From: Bacteroidia bacterium
Lineage (GTDB): Bacteria; Bacteroidota; Bacteroidia; NS11-12g; UBA9320
Assembly: GCA_965216465.1 (NCBI GenBank)
Contig: CBDCFW010000006.1
Span: 800,001 to 864,000 of the forward strand
Reading direction: 5' to 3'
Length of the DNA: 64,000 nt
This document shows positions 1 to 10,424 of this stretch, in pieces (the stretch's first letter is position 1; each line of letters opens with the position of its first letter). Both the position numbers and the translations under genes were made by a program. The notes beneath the pieces are model-generated. The model was not told where the DNA came from, made no database searches, and saw nothing but the letters and a program-made list of their open reading frames with translations.

Positions 1-364
1 CACCATTGTGACTTACAGTGATGGTTTTAGTGAAGTTACCTGGTCTTCCCTTAGAATTGTAAACTGCAGTGATTGTTCCTTCTTCACCAGGAGCAACTGG
101 TTCTTTGGTCCATTTTGGTGTTGTACAGTGGCACGAAGCCTTCACACTATTGAGTACCAAATCAGAATTCCCAGTATTTTTAAAGGTGAATGTGATAGTA
201 GCTTGAACACCTTCTTCAACAATTCCAAAGTCATGAGACTTCTTCTCAAAGGTAATTTTTGATGTTTCTTCAGATGTAAGTGATAATTTGTTTCCGTCGT
301 TCTGTGCAATACTCGTAGGAATAATACCTAAAGTAAATACTAGTAATGTAATGATGCTTTTCAT
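1..364 (-). CDS. DUF1573 domain exported protein (3' end runs off the window); paralog of 555..1004
   Basis: Not in the ORF track. Manual translation from ATG at 364: MKSIITLLVFTLGIIPTSIAQ...HDFGIVEEGVQATITFTFKNTGNSDLVLNSVKASCHCTTPKWTKEPVAPGEEGTITAVYNSKGRPGNFTKTITVSHNG. Nearly identical to the neighbouring DUF1573 gene. Confidence 0.9.
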   Translation of the reverse strand, partial: MKSIITLLVFTLGIIPTSIAQNDGNKLSLTSEETSKITFEKKSHDFGIVEEGVQATITFTFKNTGNSDLVLNSVKASCHCTTPKWTKEPVAPGEEGTITAVYNSKGRPGNFTKTITVSHNG

Positions 365-395
365 AATTTAATTGTTTTAAGTAGTGCATTTAGGT

Positions 396-411
396 CAAAC
401 AGAATGCCAAA
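396..411 (-). promoter_or_regulatory. Putative sigma54-type -24/-12 promoter (TTTGGCATTCTGTTTG)
   Basis: GG-N10-G spacing, 32 nt upstream of the ATG at 364. The same motif recurs at 1049-1064 and 28626-28641. Confidence 0.5.
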
Positions 412-505
412 CTCTGAAAGAGAATAAGAAATCTTCTGATTCAAGGTCTCCTGAAAGGGACCTTGAAACTCTTGTTGCTTTGCACTTCTACCGTAAAAAA
501 AGCAT

Positions 506-534
506 AAAAAAAGGTCGACCAACAGGCCGACCTT
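506..534 (-). terminator. Intrinsic terminator of the 555..1004 gene
   Basis: Hairpin aaggtcg-a-cc/aaca/gg-c-cgacctt followed by a T-run on the minus strand. Confidence 0.75.
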
Positions 535-554
535 CAATGTATCTTTTAGTCTAA

Positions 555-1004
555 TTATCCTTGAGGATTTGCAACCGCAGGAGTAACTTTAGGAGCAGCT
601 TTATTTACTACACCTCTAATGGTTAAGAACTCAGTTCCACCTTCTCCGTTGTGAGTAACAGTAATGGTTTTAGTGAAGTTACCTGGTCTTCCTTTAGAAT
701 TATAAATTGCAGTGATTGTTCCTTCAGCTCCAGGAGCAATAGGTTCTTTGGTCCATTTTGGAGTAGTACATCCACAAGACGCTTTCACGCTGTTAAGTAC
801 TAAAGGAGCATTTCCTGTATTCTTAAATGTAAATGTTACAGTTGCCTGTACACCTTCTTCGATTGTACCAAAATCATGAGATTTCTTTTCAATCTCCATT
901 TTTGGAGTAGCTTCAGTCGATAAAGTCAAGTTTCCATTGGTTTGAGCAGTGCTCAAAGTAGTAAAGCCAAAAACAAAAGCGATTAGTATGATTAAATTTT
1001 TCAT
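555..1004 (-). CDS. DUF1573 domain exported protein
   Basis: Signal peptide MKNLIILIAFVFGFTTLSTAQ; motif HDFG...F.FKNTG..PL....V.ASCGCT.P......I.PG. Start taken at ATG 1004 rather than 1040. Confidence 0.88.
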   Translation of the reverse strand: MKNLIILIAFVFGFTTLSTAQTNGNLTLSTEATPKMEIEKKSHDFGTIEEGVQATVTFTFKNTGNAPLVLNSVKASCGCTTPKWTKEPIAPGAEGTITAIYNSKGRPGNFTKTITVTHNGEGGTEFLTIRGVVNKAAPKVTPAVANPQG

Positions 1005-1048
1005 TTTGTATAAATATTTTTCAAAATTAATGTTCGACACTTAATGAA

Positions 1049-1064
1049 CAAATAGAATGCCAAA
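1049..1064 (-). promoter_or_regulatory. Putative sigma54-type -24/-12 promoter (TTTGGCATTCTATTTG)
   Basis: 15 of 16 nt identical to the motif at 396-411; lies upstream of the paralogous gene. Confidence 0.5.
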
Positions 1065-1090
1065 ATATTCAGCACATCATATTGTCACAT

Positions 1091-1858
1091 TTATCCGTAG
1101 TTAGGTTTCCTTTTCTCAATAAACGCTGAGGTTCCTTCTTTAAAGTCGTTGGTTTCAAAGCTTTTAGCAAAACTGTCTATTTCGTAGTTAAAACCGTCTT
1201 TATTTTGGTACAATGCGTTCGTACACTTGATCACCTCAGCAATGGCCATGGGGCTTTTAGCCGTTAATTTTTGAATATATTTTTCACATGTCGCCATAAG
1301 TTCTTCAACTGGAACTACTTGAGTAACTAGGCCATAATCTAGTGCTGTTTGTGCATCAATAGCATTGGCACTGATTAGCATGTTCAAAGCACGTCCTTTT
1401 CCAACTATTTGAGCTAAACGTTGAGTTCCGCCGTAGCCTGGAGGAACACCAAGGTTTACTTCTGGTTGACCGAATTTGGCATTTTCACTAGCTATTCGAA
1501 CATGACAAGACATGGCAAGTTCGCATCCTCCGCCTAAGGTATATCCATTAACCGCAGCAATAACAGGAATTTCACTTGCCTCGATGGAGTCAAATACTCG
1601 ATGACCACTTGCACTCATTTCTTTAGCCTCAGCTTCGCCAAAATGTGCAAATTCAGCGATATCGGCACCTGCAGCAAAGGCTTTGGAGCCCTTACCTGTT
1701 AAGATAATTCCGCGTACACTTTTCTCGTTGTTTAATCTTTCTATTTCTTTACCAATTTCTTGGATCAATTCGATGTTCAAGGCATTCATCTTATCTTCAC
1801 GATTAATCGTGATAATCTGGATTGTTTCCTTGTTCTCTGAGAGGATGTTATTGTACAT
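1091..1858 (-). CDS. Enoyl-CoA hydratase/isomerase (crotonase family)
   Basis: Motifs KAFAAGADI, GGGCELAMSC and FGQPEVNLG..PGYGGTQRL. Real start likely ATG 1858 (MYNNIL), since the longer ORF overlaps scpA. Confidence 0.92.
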   Translation of the reverse strand: MYNNILSENKETIQIITINREDKMNALNIELIQEIGKEIERLNNEKSVRGIILTGKGSKAFAAGADIAEFAHFGEAEAKEMSASGHRVFDSIEASEIPVIAAVNGYTLGGGCELAMSCHVRIASENAKFGQPEVNLGVPPGYGGTQRLAQIVGKGRALNMLISANAIDAQTALDYGLVTQVVPVEELMATCEKYIQKLTAKSPMAIAEVIKCTNALYQNKDGFNYEIDSFAKSFETNDFKEGTSAFIEKRKPNYG

Positions 1859-1863
1859 GGCGG

Positions 1864-1911
1864 CAAATTTATACCAATAGAAGTTCAAGCAGAACTTTAA
1901 GTTTAAATTTG
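1864..1911. promoter_or_regulatory. Back-to-back Bacteroidota -7 elements (TAAATTTG) for the divergent hydratase and mutase genes
   Basis: TAAATTTG on - at 1864-1871 and on + at 1904-1911, each ending 5 nt before an ATG. Confidence 0.6.
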
Positions 1912-1916
1912 CACCG

Positions 1917-4595
1917 ATGCAACTCGAAAAAACGTTAGGTTTTGATGAATTTCCTGCTTCGGGATTAGAAGAGTGGAAAGCAAAAGCAATCAAAGATTTG
2001 AGAGGAAAACCTCTAGAAGATCTTGGCTTTACGACTTCAGATGGCATTCAGATGGAGTCCTTTTTAAATCAAGAGAATAATCATCAACTTGTAGAAATTC
2101 CAGACACGAATTGGGAAATCACTCTCTTATCAAATGAGGAACTAGAAGGAGTAGACCATACTGTTAGCGATTTATCTGAATTAGGAGTTAGTCTCGGCGA
2201 ATTAAGTCTTGAAAGCTTAAAAGCAATTCAAAACCAAGATGAGGTTTATTTTGAGATTAACACGCAATTTTTAGAGAACATTGCGAAGCTTAGAGCTGCT
2301 CGAATTGCAAACCCTAATACGCGAATTAATGCGGTAATTATTCCGAAAGAGGATGAATTTGAATACAATAATTTAGTACGACAAACAATTGGAACCATTT
2401 CGGCAATTGTAGGAGCAGCACATCGAATTTGCATTTTACCTTTTAATGGTAAAGACAATTATCAGAGCAAGAGGCTGGCTCGAAACATTATGCTTTTGCT
2501 TCAAAAAGAGAGCTATTTAAATAGCATTACAGATGCGGCTCGAGGCAGTTTCTTTATTGAACAACTTACCGCTAAATACCTTGAAGCGTTAAACAATTCA
2601 TCAGTTTCTAAACCTTCAAATGAGGTGAGGTTTGTAGCAGGTATACCTCCTTATTTAAGAGGACCGTATTCTACGATGTATGCCGTTCGCCCGTGGACTG
2701 TTCGTCAATACGCTGGATTTAGCACAGCAGAAAAAAGTAATGCTTTTTATAAGAGAAATTTAGCTGCAGGTCAAAAAGGATTATCCGTTGCTTTTGACTT
2801 GGCTACCCATAGAGGATATGACAGCGACCACCCACGTGTAACTGGAGATGTTGGAATGGCCGGAGTTGCAATCGACAGCATTGAAGACATGAAAGTGCTG
2901 TTCAATGAAATTCCACTTGGAGATATTTCTGTTAGTATGACCATGAACGGTGCAGTATTACCAATTATGGCATTTTATATAGCTGCAGCAAAGGAGCAAG
3001 GGGTTGATAAAGAACGACTTGCGGGCACAATTCAAAATGATATTCTGAAAGAGTTTATGGTGAGAAATACGTATATCTATCCACCAGAACCAAGCATGAG
3101 AATCATTTCGGATATCTTCAAATACACTTCGAAGAACATGCCTAAGTTTAACAGTATCTCAATTAGTGGTTACCACATGCAAGAGGCAGGTGCAACTCCT
3201 GAGTTAGAATTGGCTTACACCTTAGCTGATGGATTGGATTATGTTAGAACTGGAATTGCAGCTGGTTTGAAGATTGATGATTTTGCCCCTCGACTTTCAT
3301 TCTTCTGGGGAATTGGAATGAATTTCTATCAAGAAATTGCAAAGCTAAGAGCAGGACGATTGCTTTGGGCTAAACTGATTAAGAAGTTTAATCCTGAGAA
3401 TCCAAAGTCAATGGCACTAAGAACTCATTGTCAAACTAGCGGATGGAGTTTAACAGAGCAAGACCCGTATAATAATGTGGCTCGAACAACTATTGAGGCG
3501 TTGGCAGCTGTATTTGGAGGTACACAAAGTTTACATACAAATAGTTTTGATGAGGCTATTGCACTACCTACTGATTTTAGTGCAAAAATTGCACGGAATA
3601 CACAGCTTATTATTCAGAATGAGACGGATATTACCAAGGTCATTGACCCATGGGGAGGTGCTGAAGTTATTGAAAACTATACGCACGAACTTGCAAACAA
3701 AGCTTGGGAATACATCTTAGAAATAGAAGAGCTTGGGGGAATGGCCAAGGCGATTGAGAGTGGAATTCCAAAGATGCGAATTGAAGAATGTGCTGCGGTT
3801 AAACAGGCCAAAATTGATAGTAACAAAGATATTATTGTTGGGGTAAATAAGTTTACAACAGACGAAAAGGCCGACTTTGAAATTTTAGAAGTAGACAATC
3901 AAGCGGTTAGAGAGAGTCAGATCGCAAGATTGAGTAAAATGAAGGCAGAGCGCAACAATGATTTAGTTGATGAAATATTAGCTAAACTCGAATCAGCGGC
4001 CTCTTCTTCTGAAAATCTTTTGGAATTATGCGTTGAAGCAGCAGAGGCGCGTGCAAGTTTGGGTGAGATTTCGCTTGCTCTTGAAAATGTGTTTGGTAGA
4101 TTTCAAGCAAATAATTCCACGATTAGCGGTGTATATTTGAAAGAGGTGCAAAACGATGATTCGGTAAAATTGGCTCGGGCGAGAGCAGATGAGTTTGCAA
4201 AAACAGAGGGAAGACGTCCGCGAATCTTAGTGGCAAAAATGGGTCAGGATGGTCACGATAGGGGTGCGAAAATTATCGCAACTGCATTCGCTGATCTTGG
4301 TTTTGACGTAGATATCGGGCCGCTATTTCAAACACCTGAAGAAGTAGCAAAACAAGCCATGGAGAATGACGTGCATATTTTGGGTGTATCATCCTTAGCA
4401 GCAGGGCACAAGACGCTAATGCCTCAAGTTGTAAATGAGCTTAAAAAGCGCAACATGGATGAGGTAATTGTAGTCGCTGGAGGGGTAATTCCGGAGCAAG
4501 ACTATGATTATTTGTACGATCACGGAGTTGACTTTGTATTCGGTCCGGGAACTGTGATAGCTGAAGCAGCGATTGATATTTTGGAAAGGTTGTAG
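1917..4595 (+). CDS. scpA: Methylmalonyl-CoA mutase large subunit with N-terminal fused small-subunit remnant
   Basis: Motifs [21 protein letters not shown] and [11 protein letters not shown]; B12-binding DGHDRG. An extra ~235 N-terminal residues resemble a collapsed beta subunit. Confidence 0.93.
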   Translation: MQLEKTLGFDEFPASGLEEWKAKAIKDLRGKPLEDLGFTTSDGIQMESFLNQENNHQLVEIPDTNWEITLLSNEELEGVDHTVSDLSELGVSLGELSLESLKAIQNQDEVYFEINTQFLENIAKLRAARIANPNTRINAVIIPKEDEFEYNNLVRQTIGTISAIVGAAHRICILPFNGKDNYQSKRLARNIMLLLQKESYLNSITDAARGSFFIEQLTAKYLEALNNSSVSKPSNEVRFVAGIPPYLRGPYSTMYAVRPWTVRQYAGFSTAEKSNAFYKRNLAAGQKGLSVAFDLATHRGYDSDHPRVTGDVGMAGVAIDSIEDMKVLFNEIPLGDISVSMTMNGAVLPIMAFYIAAAKEQGVDKERLAGTIQNDILKEFMVRNTYIYPPEPSMRIISDIFKYTSKNMPKFNSISISGYHMQEAGATPELELAYTLADGLDYVRTGIAAGLKIDDFAPRLSFFWGIGMNFYQEIAKLRAGRLLWAKLIKKFNPENPKSMALRTHCQTSGWSLTEQDPYNNVARTTIEALAAVFGGTQSLHTNSFDEAIALPTDFSAKIARNTQLIIQNETDITKVIDPWGGAEVIENYTHELANKAWEYILEIEELGGMAKAIESGIPKMRIEECAAVKQAKIDSNKDIIVGVNKFTTDEKADFEILEVDNQAVRESQIARLSKMKAERNNDLVDEILAKLESAASSSENLLELCVEAAEARASLGEISLALENVFGRFQANNSTISGVYLKEVQNDDSVKLARARADEFAKTEGRRPRILVAKMGQDGHDRGAKIIATAFADLGFDVDIGPLFQTPEEVAKQAMENDVHILGVSSLAAGHKTLMPQVVNELKKRNMDEVIVVAGGVIPEQDYDYLYDHGVDFVFGPGTVIAEAAIDILERL

Positions 4596-4627
4596 CTCGA
4601 TGTCCAAGGCCTTAAAGACCTAAAAAT

Positions 4628-5422
4628 CTAGACCGCCACCGGTGCTGAAATTCGCGGATGCGGATTATATCCAACCAATTCAAAATCCTCATAATCAAAA
4701 TCATAAACAGATTTAATCTCAGGATTCAGTTTAATCTTTGGATAAGGTCTTGGATCTCTACTTAATTGTTCCTTAACTTGATCAAAGTGGTTAGAATATA
4801 TATGAGCATCTCCAAAGGTATGAACAAATTCGCCTGGCTCTAACCCACACTCTTGAGCAATCATTAATGTAAGCAATGCATAACTGGCAATATTAAAAGG
4901 AACTCCTAAAAAGAGGTCGGCACTACGTTGATATAACTGGCAGCTCAATTTCCCGTCAGCTACATAGAACTGAAATAAACAGTGGCATGGAGTAAGGGCC
5001 ATATCGCTCAACTCACCAACATTCCAAGCATTAACAATCATTCTTCTACTATCGGGATTAGATTTTAGTGTATCGAGAACATTTTGAATTTGATCTACGG
5101 ATTTGCCATCTGGGGTTTCCCAGTTTCTCCATTGCTTACCATAAACAGGTCCTAAATTGCCATTTTCATCGGCCCATTCGTTCCAGATTCGTACACCATG
5201 ATCTTGAAGATACTTAACATTTGTATCTCCCATAAGGAACCAAAGCAGCTCATATACAACCGATTTAAAATGCACTTTTTTAGTCGTAATAAGAGGAAAG
5301 CTCTCACTTAAATCGAATCGCAATTGCCCACCTAAAACACTAATTGTTCCAGTTCCGGTACGGTCAGTTTTTTTTGTACCGTTTTCAAAAACATATCGTA
5401 AAAAATCTTCGTATTGCTGCAT
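4628..5422 (-). CDS. thyA: Thymidylate synthase
   Basis: Motifs [24 protein letters not shown] and [13 protein letters not shown]. Start ATG 5422 (MQQYEDF). Confidence 0.97.
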   Translation of the reverse strand: MQQYEDFLRYVFENGTKKTDRTGTGTISVLGGQLRFDLSESFPLITTKKVHFKSVVYELLWFLMGDTNVKYLQDHGVRIWNEWADENGNLGPVYGKQWRNWETPDGKSVDQIQNVLDTLKSNPDSRRMIVNAWNVGELSDMALTPCHCLFQFYVADGKLSCQLYQRSADLFLGVPFNIASYALLTLMIAQECGLEPGEFVHTFGDAHIYSNHFDQVKEQLSRDPRPYPKIKLNPEIKSVYDFDYEDFELVGYNPHPRISAPVAV

Positions 5423-5536
5423 TGTTATGCAAAGCAAGCACTATTTAAACAAAATAATACTCCCTAAAAATTACCATTCTCAACAATATTTTAACTTGGT
5501 TGTTTAGTTTTGCGGAGCTTTACATAATTTATTTAA

Positions 5537-6754
5537 ATGGCAGTAGCAATAAAATTACCACGAATGAGTGATACAATGGAAGAAGGAACCATTGTTAGCT
5601 GGTTTATTAAAGTAGGCGATACGGTTAAGTCGAGTCAAATGATTGCAGACGTAGAAACGGATAAGGCTACAATGGAATTGGAAAACTTTGAAAAGGGCGA
5701 AGTGTTGCACTTAAACGTTCAAGAAGGAGAAACTGTTCCTGTTGAAACCGTTATTGCCATTATTGGTGAAAAAGGTGAAGATTTTCAAGACCTTCTTGTT
5801 GCGGCTCCTGCTGCAACTGAAGCAGCTCCTGCTGAAGAGGTAACAGTTCAAGAAAGTGCACCTGCTGCAACTCCTGTAGCCGCACCAGCTCCTACGCCAT
5901 CCACATCTTCTAATGGAAGAACATTTGTTTCTCCACTTGCAAAGAAAATGGCTGCTGAGAAAGGAATAAACCTAGACCAAGTTTCTGGGAGTGGCGACAA
6001 TGGAAGAATTATTAAGCGCGATATAGAGAACTTTAAAGCAGCTCCTGCTGCAGCTTCAGGTCCTGTTGGAGTTGAAAGCTACGAAGAGGTTCCTGTAACT
6101 CAAATGCGTAAAACTATTGCTAAGCGTTTGTCAGAATCTAAGTTTACAGCTCCTCATTTCTATCTTACAATGGAAATCAAGATGGATAATGCTATGGCGG
6201 CTCGTAAACGAATGAATGAGTATAGCGAGCAAAAAATCTCAATGAACGACCTTGTTGTTAAGGCTACAGCAATGGCACTTAAGCAACATCCAAATGTAAA
6301 TTCGGCGTGGTTGGGAGACAGAATTAGAAGAAACCATCATGTACACATTGGTGTTGCAGTAGCAGTCGAAGATGGCTTACTTGTTCCTGTAGTTCGTTTT
6401 GCTGACTCAAAATCACTTTCTCAAATCGGAACTGAGGTTAAAGATTTAGCAGGCAAGGCTAAGAATAAAGAATTACAGCCTCAAGATTGGGAAGGAAACA
6501 CCTTTACAATTTCTAACCTAGGAATGTTCGGAATCGATGAGTTTACGGCTATTGTAAACCCACCAGATGCTTGTATTCTAGCTGTTGGTGGAGCTAAAGA
6601 GACAGTTATTGTCGAAAATGGCGAGATGAAACCGGGTCATATTATGAAAGTAACATTGAGCTGCGACCATAGAGTTGTTGATGGTGTTACTGGAGCAAAA
6701 TTCCTTCAAACCTTCAAGGAATTGGTCGAAGAGCCAGTTAGACTATTGGTCTAA
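5537..6754 (+). CDS. pdhC: Pyruvate dehydrogenase E2, dihydrolipoamide acetyltransferase (single lipoyl domain)
   Basis: Lipoyl motif ETDKA, Ala/Pro linker, E3-binding SPLAKK..., catalytic DHRVVDG. TAGTTTTG -7 element upstream. Confidence 0.92.
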   Translation: MAVAIKLPRMSDTMEEGTIVSWFIKVGDTVKSSQMIADVETDKATMELENFEKGEVLHLNVQEGETVPVETVIAIIGEKGEDFQDLLVAAPAATEAAPAEEVTVQESAPAATPVAAPAPTPSTSSNGRTFVSPLAKKMAAEKGINLDQVSGSGDNGRIIKRDIENFKAAPAAASGPVGVESYEEVPVTQMRKTIAKRLSESKFTAPHFYLTMEIKMDNAMAARKRMNEYSEQKISMNDLVVKATAMALKQHPNVNSAWLGDRIRRNHHVHIGVAVAVEDGLLVPVVRFADSKSLSQIGTEVKDLAGKAKNKELQPQDWEGNTFTISNLGMFGIDEFTAIVNPPDACILAVGGAKETVIVENGEMKPGHIMKVTLSCDHRVVDGVTGAKFLQTFKELVEEPVRLLV

Positions 6755-6858
6755 TATCGCTTGCATTTCCCGATTTATTGGTTTACACTTGCATTGCCTT
6801 TCAGGCACTTCTACTAAGAATTCCTATTTTTTTGAGAACAAAAACTATTTATTAATAT

Positions 6859-8541
6859 ATGTACGATATTCTTTCATTGGGAGAAATGGTTCTTCCTGAA
6901 TTAAGAAAAGTAGCCGATAAATTTGAAATCAAACATAAGGGGCTAAAAAAGCAAGATCTTATTTACAAAATACTTGATTATCAAGCGGTTAACCCAGAAA
7001 AGGTTAGGGCGTCTAACGCTGACTCTCCTGCACCTCAAGCAGAAAAATCTGAAAAACCTAAGCGTCAACCAAAGCCTCGTAAGAAAGAGGATGAACCAAA
7101 GGAAAAAAGAGCTGAAAAAGAGCAATCTTCAGACGAAGAGAAGCGTGAGAAACGTTCAAGAAAACCACGTGGTGAAAAAATCAGCAGAGAGTCAAGAATT
7201 GCCAAAGCACAGAACGGCGACAATGACAAAAAAGACGATAAATCGTCAAATAATGCTGACGGTAAAGACAAATCTGAGAATAAAAACGCTGATAGCGAGC
7301 GTAGAAATAAAGAAAAAGAGCAACGCGATAGAGAAAGAGAACAACGCGATGCTGATAGAAAAAGAGCTGAAGAAGAAAAGCGTAAAAAGAAAGAAGCTGA
7401 AGAGAAACTCATTAACTATCTTGAACTTGAAGGATTAGTAACAACACAAGGTGTGCTTGAAGTTATTTCTGACGGATATGGTTTCCTTCGATCAGCTGAT
7501 TATAATTACCAGCCATCTCCAGATGATGTTTACATTTCTCCTAGTCAAGTAAGACAAAATGGACTTAAAACAGGCGATGTCGTTAACGGACACATCCGTC
7601 CACCGAAAGAAGGAGAGAAGTATTTTGCTTTGATTAACATTTTGAGTATTAACGGCAGATCGGTAGAATTTGTAAAAGATAGAGTAGCATTTCATCACTT
7701 AACTCCACTATTCCCAGATGAGAAGTTCAACTTAGAGTATAAACACAACAATTATTCAACCCGTATCATGGACTTTATTTCACCAATTGGTAAAGGACAA
7801 AGAGGATTAATAGTTGCTCAACCTAAAACAGGTAAGACTGAATTATTGAAAGATGTTGCAAATGCAATTTCTGCAAACCACCCTGAAGTTTACATGATTA
7901 TCTTGCTAATTGATGAACGTCCTGAAGAGGTTACTGATATGGCTAGAAGTGTAAAAGCTGAAGTGGTAGCATCAACCTTTGATGAACCAGCAGATAAGCA
8001 TGTTAAACTTGCCAATATTGTTTTAGAAAAAGCTAAAAGATTAACGGAGTGTGGTCATGATGTTGTGATTTTGCTTGATTCCATTACTCGTTTGGCCAGA
8101 GCGTATAACACTGTTCAGCCTGCTAGTGGTAAGATATTATCAGGGGGTGTTGACGCTAACGCACTTCAAAAGCCAAAAAGATTCTTTGGTGCTGCAAGAA
8201 ACATTGAGAATGGCGGTTCTTTAACCATCATTGCAACAGCACTTACTGAAACAGGATCCAAAATGGATGAGGTAATTTTTGAAGAGTTCAAAGGAACTGG
8301 TAACATGGAGCTCCAATTGGATAGAAAACTGTCTAACAAGCGAATCTACCCAGCAATTGATATTGTTAATTCAAGTACAAGAAGAGAAGATCTTCTGCTT
8401 GATAAACCTGTACTTCAGAAAATGTGGGTGATGCGTAATCACCTCTCAGATATGAACTCTGAAGAAGCGATGAGCACTATGCTCAACTATATGAAGGGTA
8501 CTAAGAATAACGAAGAATTCTTAGTAAGCATGAATGGATAA
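6859..8541 (+). CDS. rho: Transcription termination factor Rho with charged N-terminal insertion
   Basis: Motifs [39 protein letters not shown] and [12 protein letters not shown]. Confidence 0.97.
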   Translation: MYDILSLGEMVLPELRKVADKFEIKHKGLKKQDLIYKILDYQAVNPEKVRASNADSPAPQAEKSEKPKRQPKPRKKEDEPKEKRAEKEQSSDEEKREKRSRKPRGEKISRESRIAKAQNGDNDKKDDKSSNNADGKDKSENKNADSERRNKEKEQRDREREQRDADRKRAEEEKRKKKEAEEKLINYLELEGLVTTQGVLEVISDGYGFLRSADYNYQPSPDDVYISPSQVRQNGLKTGDVVNGHIRPPKEGEKYFALINILSINGRSVEFVKDRVAFHHLTPLFPDEKFNLEYKHNNYSTRIMDFISPIGKGQRGLIVAQPKTGKTELLKDVANAISANHPEVYMIILLIDERPEEVTDMARSVKAEVVASTFDEPADKHVKLANIVLEKAKRLTECGHDVVILLDSITRLARAYNTVQPASGKILSGGVDANALQKPKRFFGAARNIENGGSLTIIATALTETGSKMDEVIFEEFKGTGNMELQLDRKLSNKRIYPAIDIVNSSTRREDLLLDKPVLQKMWVMRNHLSDMNSEEAMSTMLNYMKGTKNNEEFLVSMNG

Positions 8542-9038
8542 TGAAGCAGCTGGTAACCATAGCGTTACTGTTTGTTTCTTTTCTAGTTCAAGCACAAGAC
8601 TCAGTGACCATACAGGGTACTGATAGTCTCCGCGTTGATATAAATAGTCCTGTTCAGAAACCTATTGCTTTTCATTGGGCTGATTCTATAGCTAATTCAT
8701 TGGCTGTCCCACCACATTTGGTTTACGAGATTGGTATGAATGAAAGTCGCTGGCAAAATCCTGATCAACCAAATTATTTAATTAAGGATGGAGACCTTCA
8801 AGTTATTGGAGCGACTTTTAATTATTGGTACAAAAGATTGAACCTTACTGGAGGAAAGACCCGATATAATTATTTGGTAGTAGGGATCAATTACCTGCAC
8901 GAATGTTATAAAATTGGAGGTACGTGGCGGAAGGCGAGATATATCTATGGTAGAGGTAGGTGGAAGGAACCTCAATACTGGACAAAACTCGAACGAAGCT
9001 TCATGAACAAAATTGATTGGTCGCAATACGATAAGTAA
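8541..9038 (+). CDS. Exported divergent lytic transglycosylase (SLT-like) protein
   Basis: Signal peptide; VPPHLVYEIGMNES (catalytic Glu position), GDLQV (cf. GLMQ), G.NYL, W..A..IYGRG (cf. ALAAYNAG). Start overlaps the rho stop (TAATG). Confidence 0.6.
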   Translation: MKQLVTIALLFVSFLVQAQDSVTIQGTDSLRVDINSPVQKPIAFHWADSIANSLAVPPHLVYEIGMNESRWQNPDQPNYLIKDGDLQVIGATFNYWYKRLNLTGGKTRYNYLVVGINYLHECYKIGGTWRKARYIYGRGRWKEPQYWTKLERSFMNKIDWSQYDK

Positions 9039-9055
9039 CATAACGTTACTTAACC

Positions 9056-9661
9056 ATGCGACTTTTAAAATTCTTACTTGCTTTTTCTGTTTCAATTTCT
9101 GGATATTCTCAAATTTCCGATGCTGAAGTGCGAGATCTAAAAGGAGGGAATGTACAACCAGATACGACTCCAATTTATCAGTTGCCTTACGAAGTAGGAA
9201 AAAAGTACCTGCTCATTCAAGGATGGCAAAGCAGTTTGTCTCATAAGGGTGAGATAGCCCAAGACTTTAAGATGCGAAGAGGCACTAAGATATTTGCGGC
9301 AAGAAAAGGGGTCGTTGTGCAAGTTAAGTCCGATGGAACTCAAGCAGGTTTAAAATCGAAGTATTTAGGTGAAGGTAACAATGTGGTGATAATGCACGCT
9401 GATTCAACTTTTGCTGGATATTGGCACTTGAAGCATAATGGCCCAGCGGTTAATGTAGGAGATTCAGTCGATCAAGGAGAATTTATTGGATATAGTGGGC
9501 ATACCGGATATTCGGCATTTCCTCATTTACACTTTATGGTATTTAAGTACGAAAAAGGTATAAGAAGAACTATACCTATTCGCTATTTAACAAAGAAAGG
9601 CCCAAGATATATTCGTCCTGGAAACAGGTATACTTGTGTTAGGGTGCAACAACCTGAATAA
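9056..9661 (+). CDS. M23 family metallopeptidase
   Basis: Signal peptide; H...(A)QD, YWHL, V.VGD.V.QG..IGYSG.TG.S..PHLHF. Confidence 0.88.
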   Translation: MRLLKFLLAFSVSISGYSQISDAEVRDLKGGNVQPDTTPIYQLPYEVGKKYLLIQGWQSSLSHKGEIAQDFKMRRGTKIFAARKGVVVQVKSDGTQAGLKSKYLGEGNNVVIMHADSTFAGYWHLKHNGPAVNVGDSVDQGEFIGYSGHTGYSAFPHLHFMVFKYEKGIRRTIPIRYLTKKGPRYIRPGNRYTCVRVQQPE

Positions 9662-9740
9662 TCTTAGGTTCTCGGTATTGAAAGTAACAAATTACTGGAT
9701 CAATGAGTGCGGCCTATTCTCCTCCTTCTGCATAACAGAA

Positions 9741-10424
9741 TCAAAACATTGACCCAACATCAAGACCTAGGTAAACAAAAGTCAACGCAACAGTATCATA
9801 GACTCCGTGAGCTAAAATACTAGAATAAAGGATTTTTCGAAACATCAGGTAGATCGTTCCAAATCCAAATGCAATAATCATAGCCAGAATCATTCCTGTT
9901 GGACCTTGATAGTAATGCCCAACTCCGCTAAATAGGCTAGTTACAATCAAAGAGATTCCCCAATGAATATTTTGAGACTCCTCATCCTTGACCATCAATT
10001 TGACAATTGAATTCATAATATATCCTCTAAACAATAGTTCTTCAAAAAGTGCCCCAAAAAGCCAAGCAATTACGATGCTGATTGCAAATAGCTTAAAATT
10101 ACCTTCCAATACGTCAAATTCATCAAGATTTGGCTCCATTCCAACAAAATCAACAATGATCTCCTTCAAATAGTATGAAATCAAGAGCAATAGAATTGTA
10201 AATGGCACTACTGAAAAAATCAATGAATATGGATTTTTCGGCAAGACTAAGCCAACTCCCTTCCAATCATCATTAGTCCACGACAAACTTATCCAAGCTA
10301 ATAATGTACTAAGCGTCAGACCTAACAATAAAAAATACCCTGCATTCAGTGTTAATACAGAAGGTAGCAATACCGCGATAATGTGCAGAACCCTTCTTTT
10401 AATTATGCGTTTAGGCTGAATCAA
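9741..10424 (-). CDS. CPBP (Abi/CAAX) family intramembrane glutamic endopeptidase
   Basis: Multiple TM helices; FEELLFRG, F...H.YQG and AHG.YD motifs. Confidence 0.88.
   Translation of the reverse strand: MIQPKRIIKRRVLHIIAVLLPSVLTLNAGYFLLLGLTLSTLLAWISLSWTNDDWKGVGLVLPKNPYSLIFSVVPFTILLLLISYYLKEIIVDFVGMEPNLDEFDVLEGNFKLFAISIVIAWLFGALFEELLFRGYIMNSIVKLMVKDEESQNIHWGISLIVTSLFSGVGHYYQGPTGMILAMIIAFGFGTIYLMFRKILYSSILAHGVYDTVALTFVYLGLDVGSMF

Noticed and set aside
8-262. 84-aa plus-strand ORF
   Set aside because: Antisense to the clear DUF1573 paralog on the minus strand.
1859-2047. N-terminal extension of the enoyl-CoA hydratase ORF
   Set aside because: Overlaps scpA and the promoter region; family homology begins at MYNNIL (1858).
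6943-7438. Alternative-frame and antisense ORFs within rho
   Set aside because: By-products of the purine-rich low-complexity insertion.
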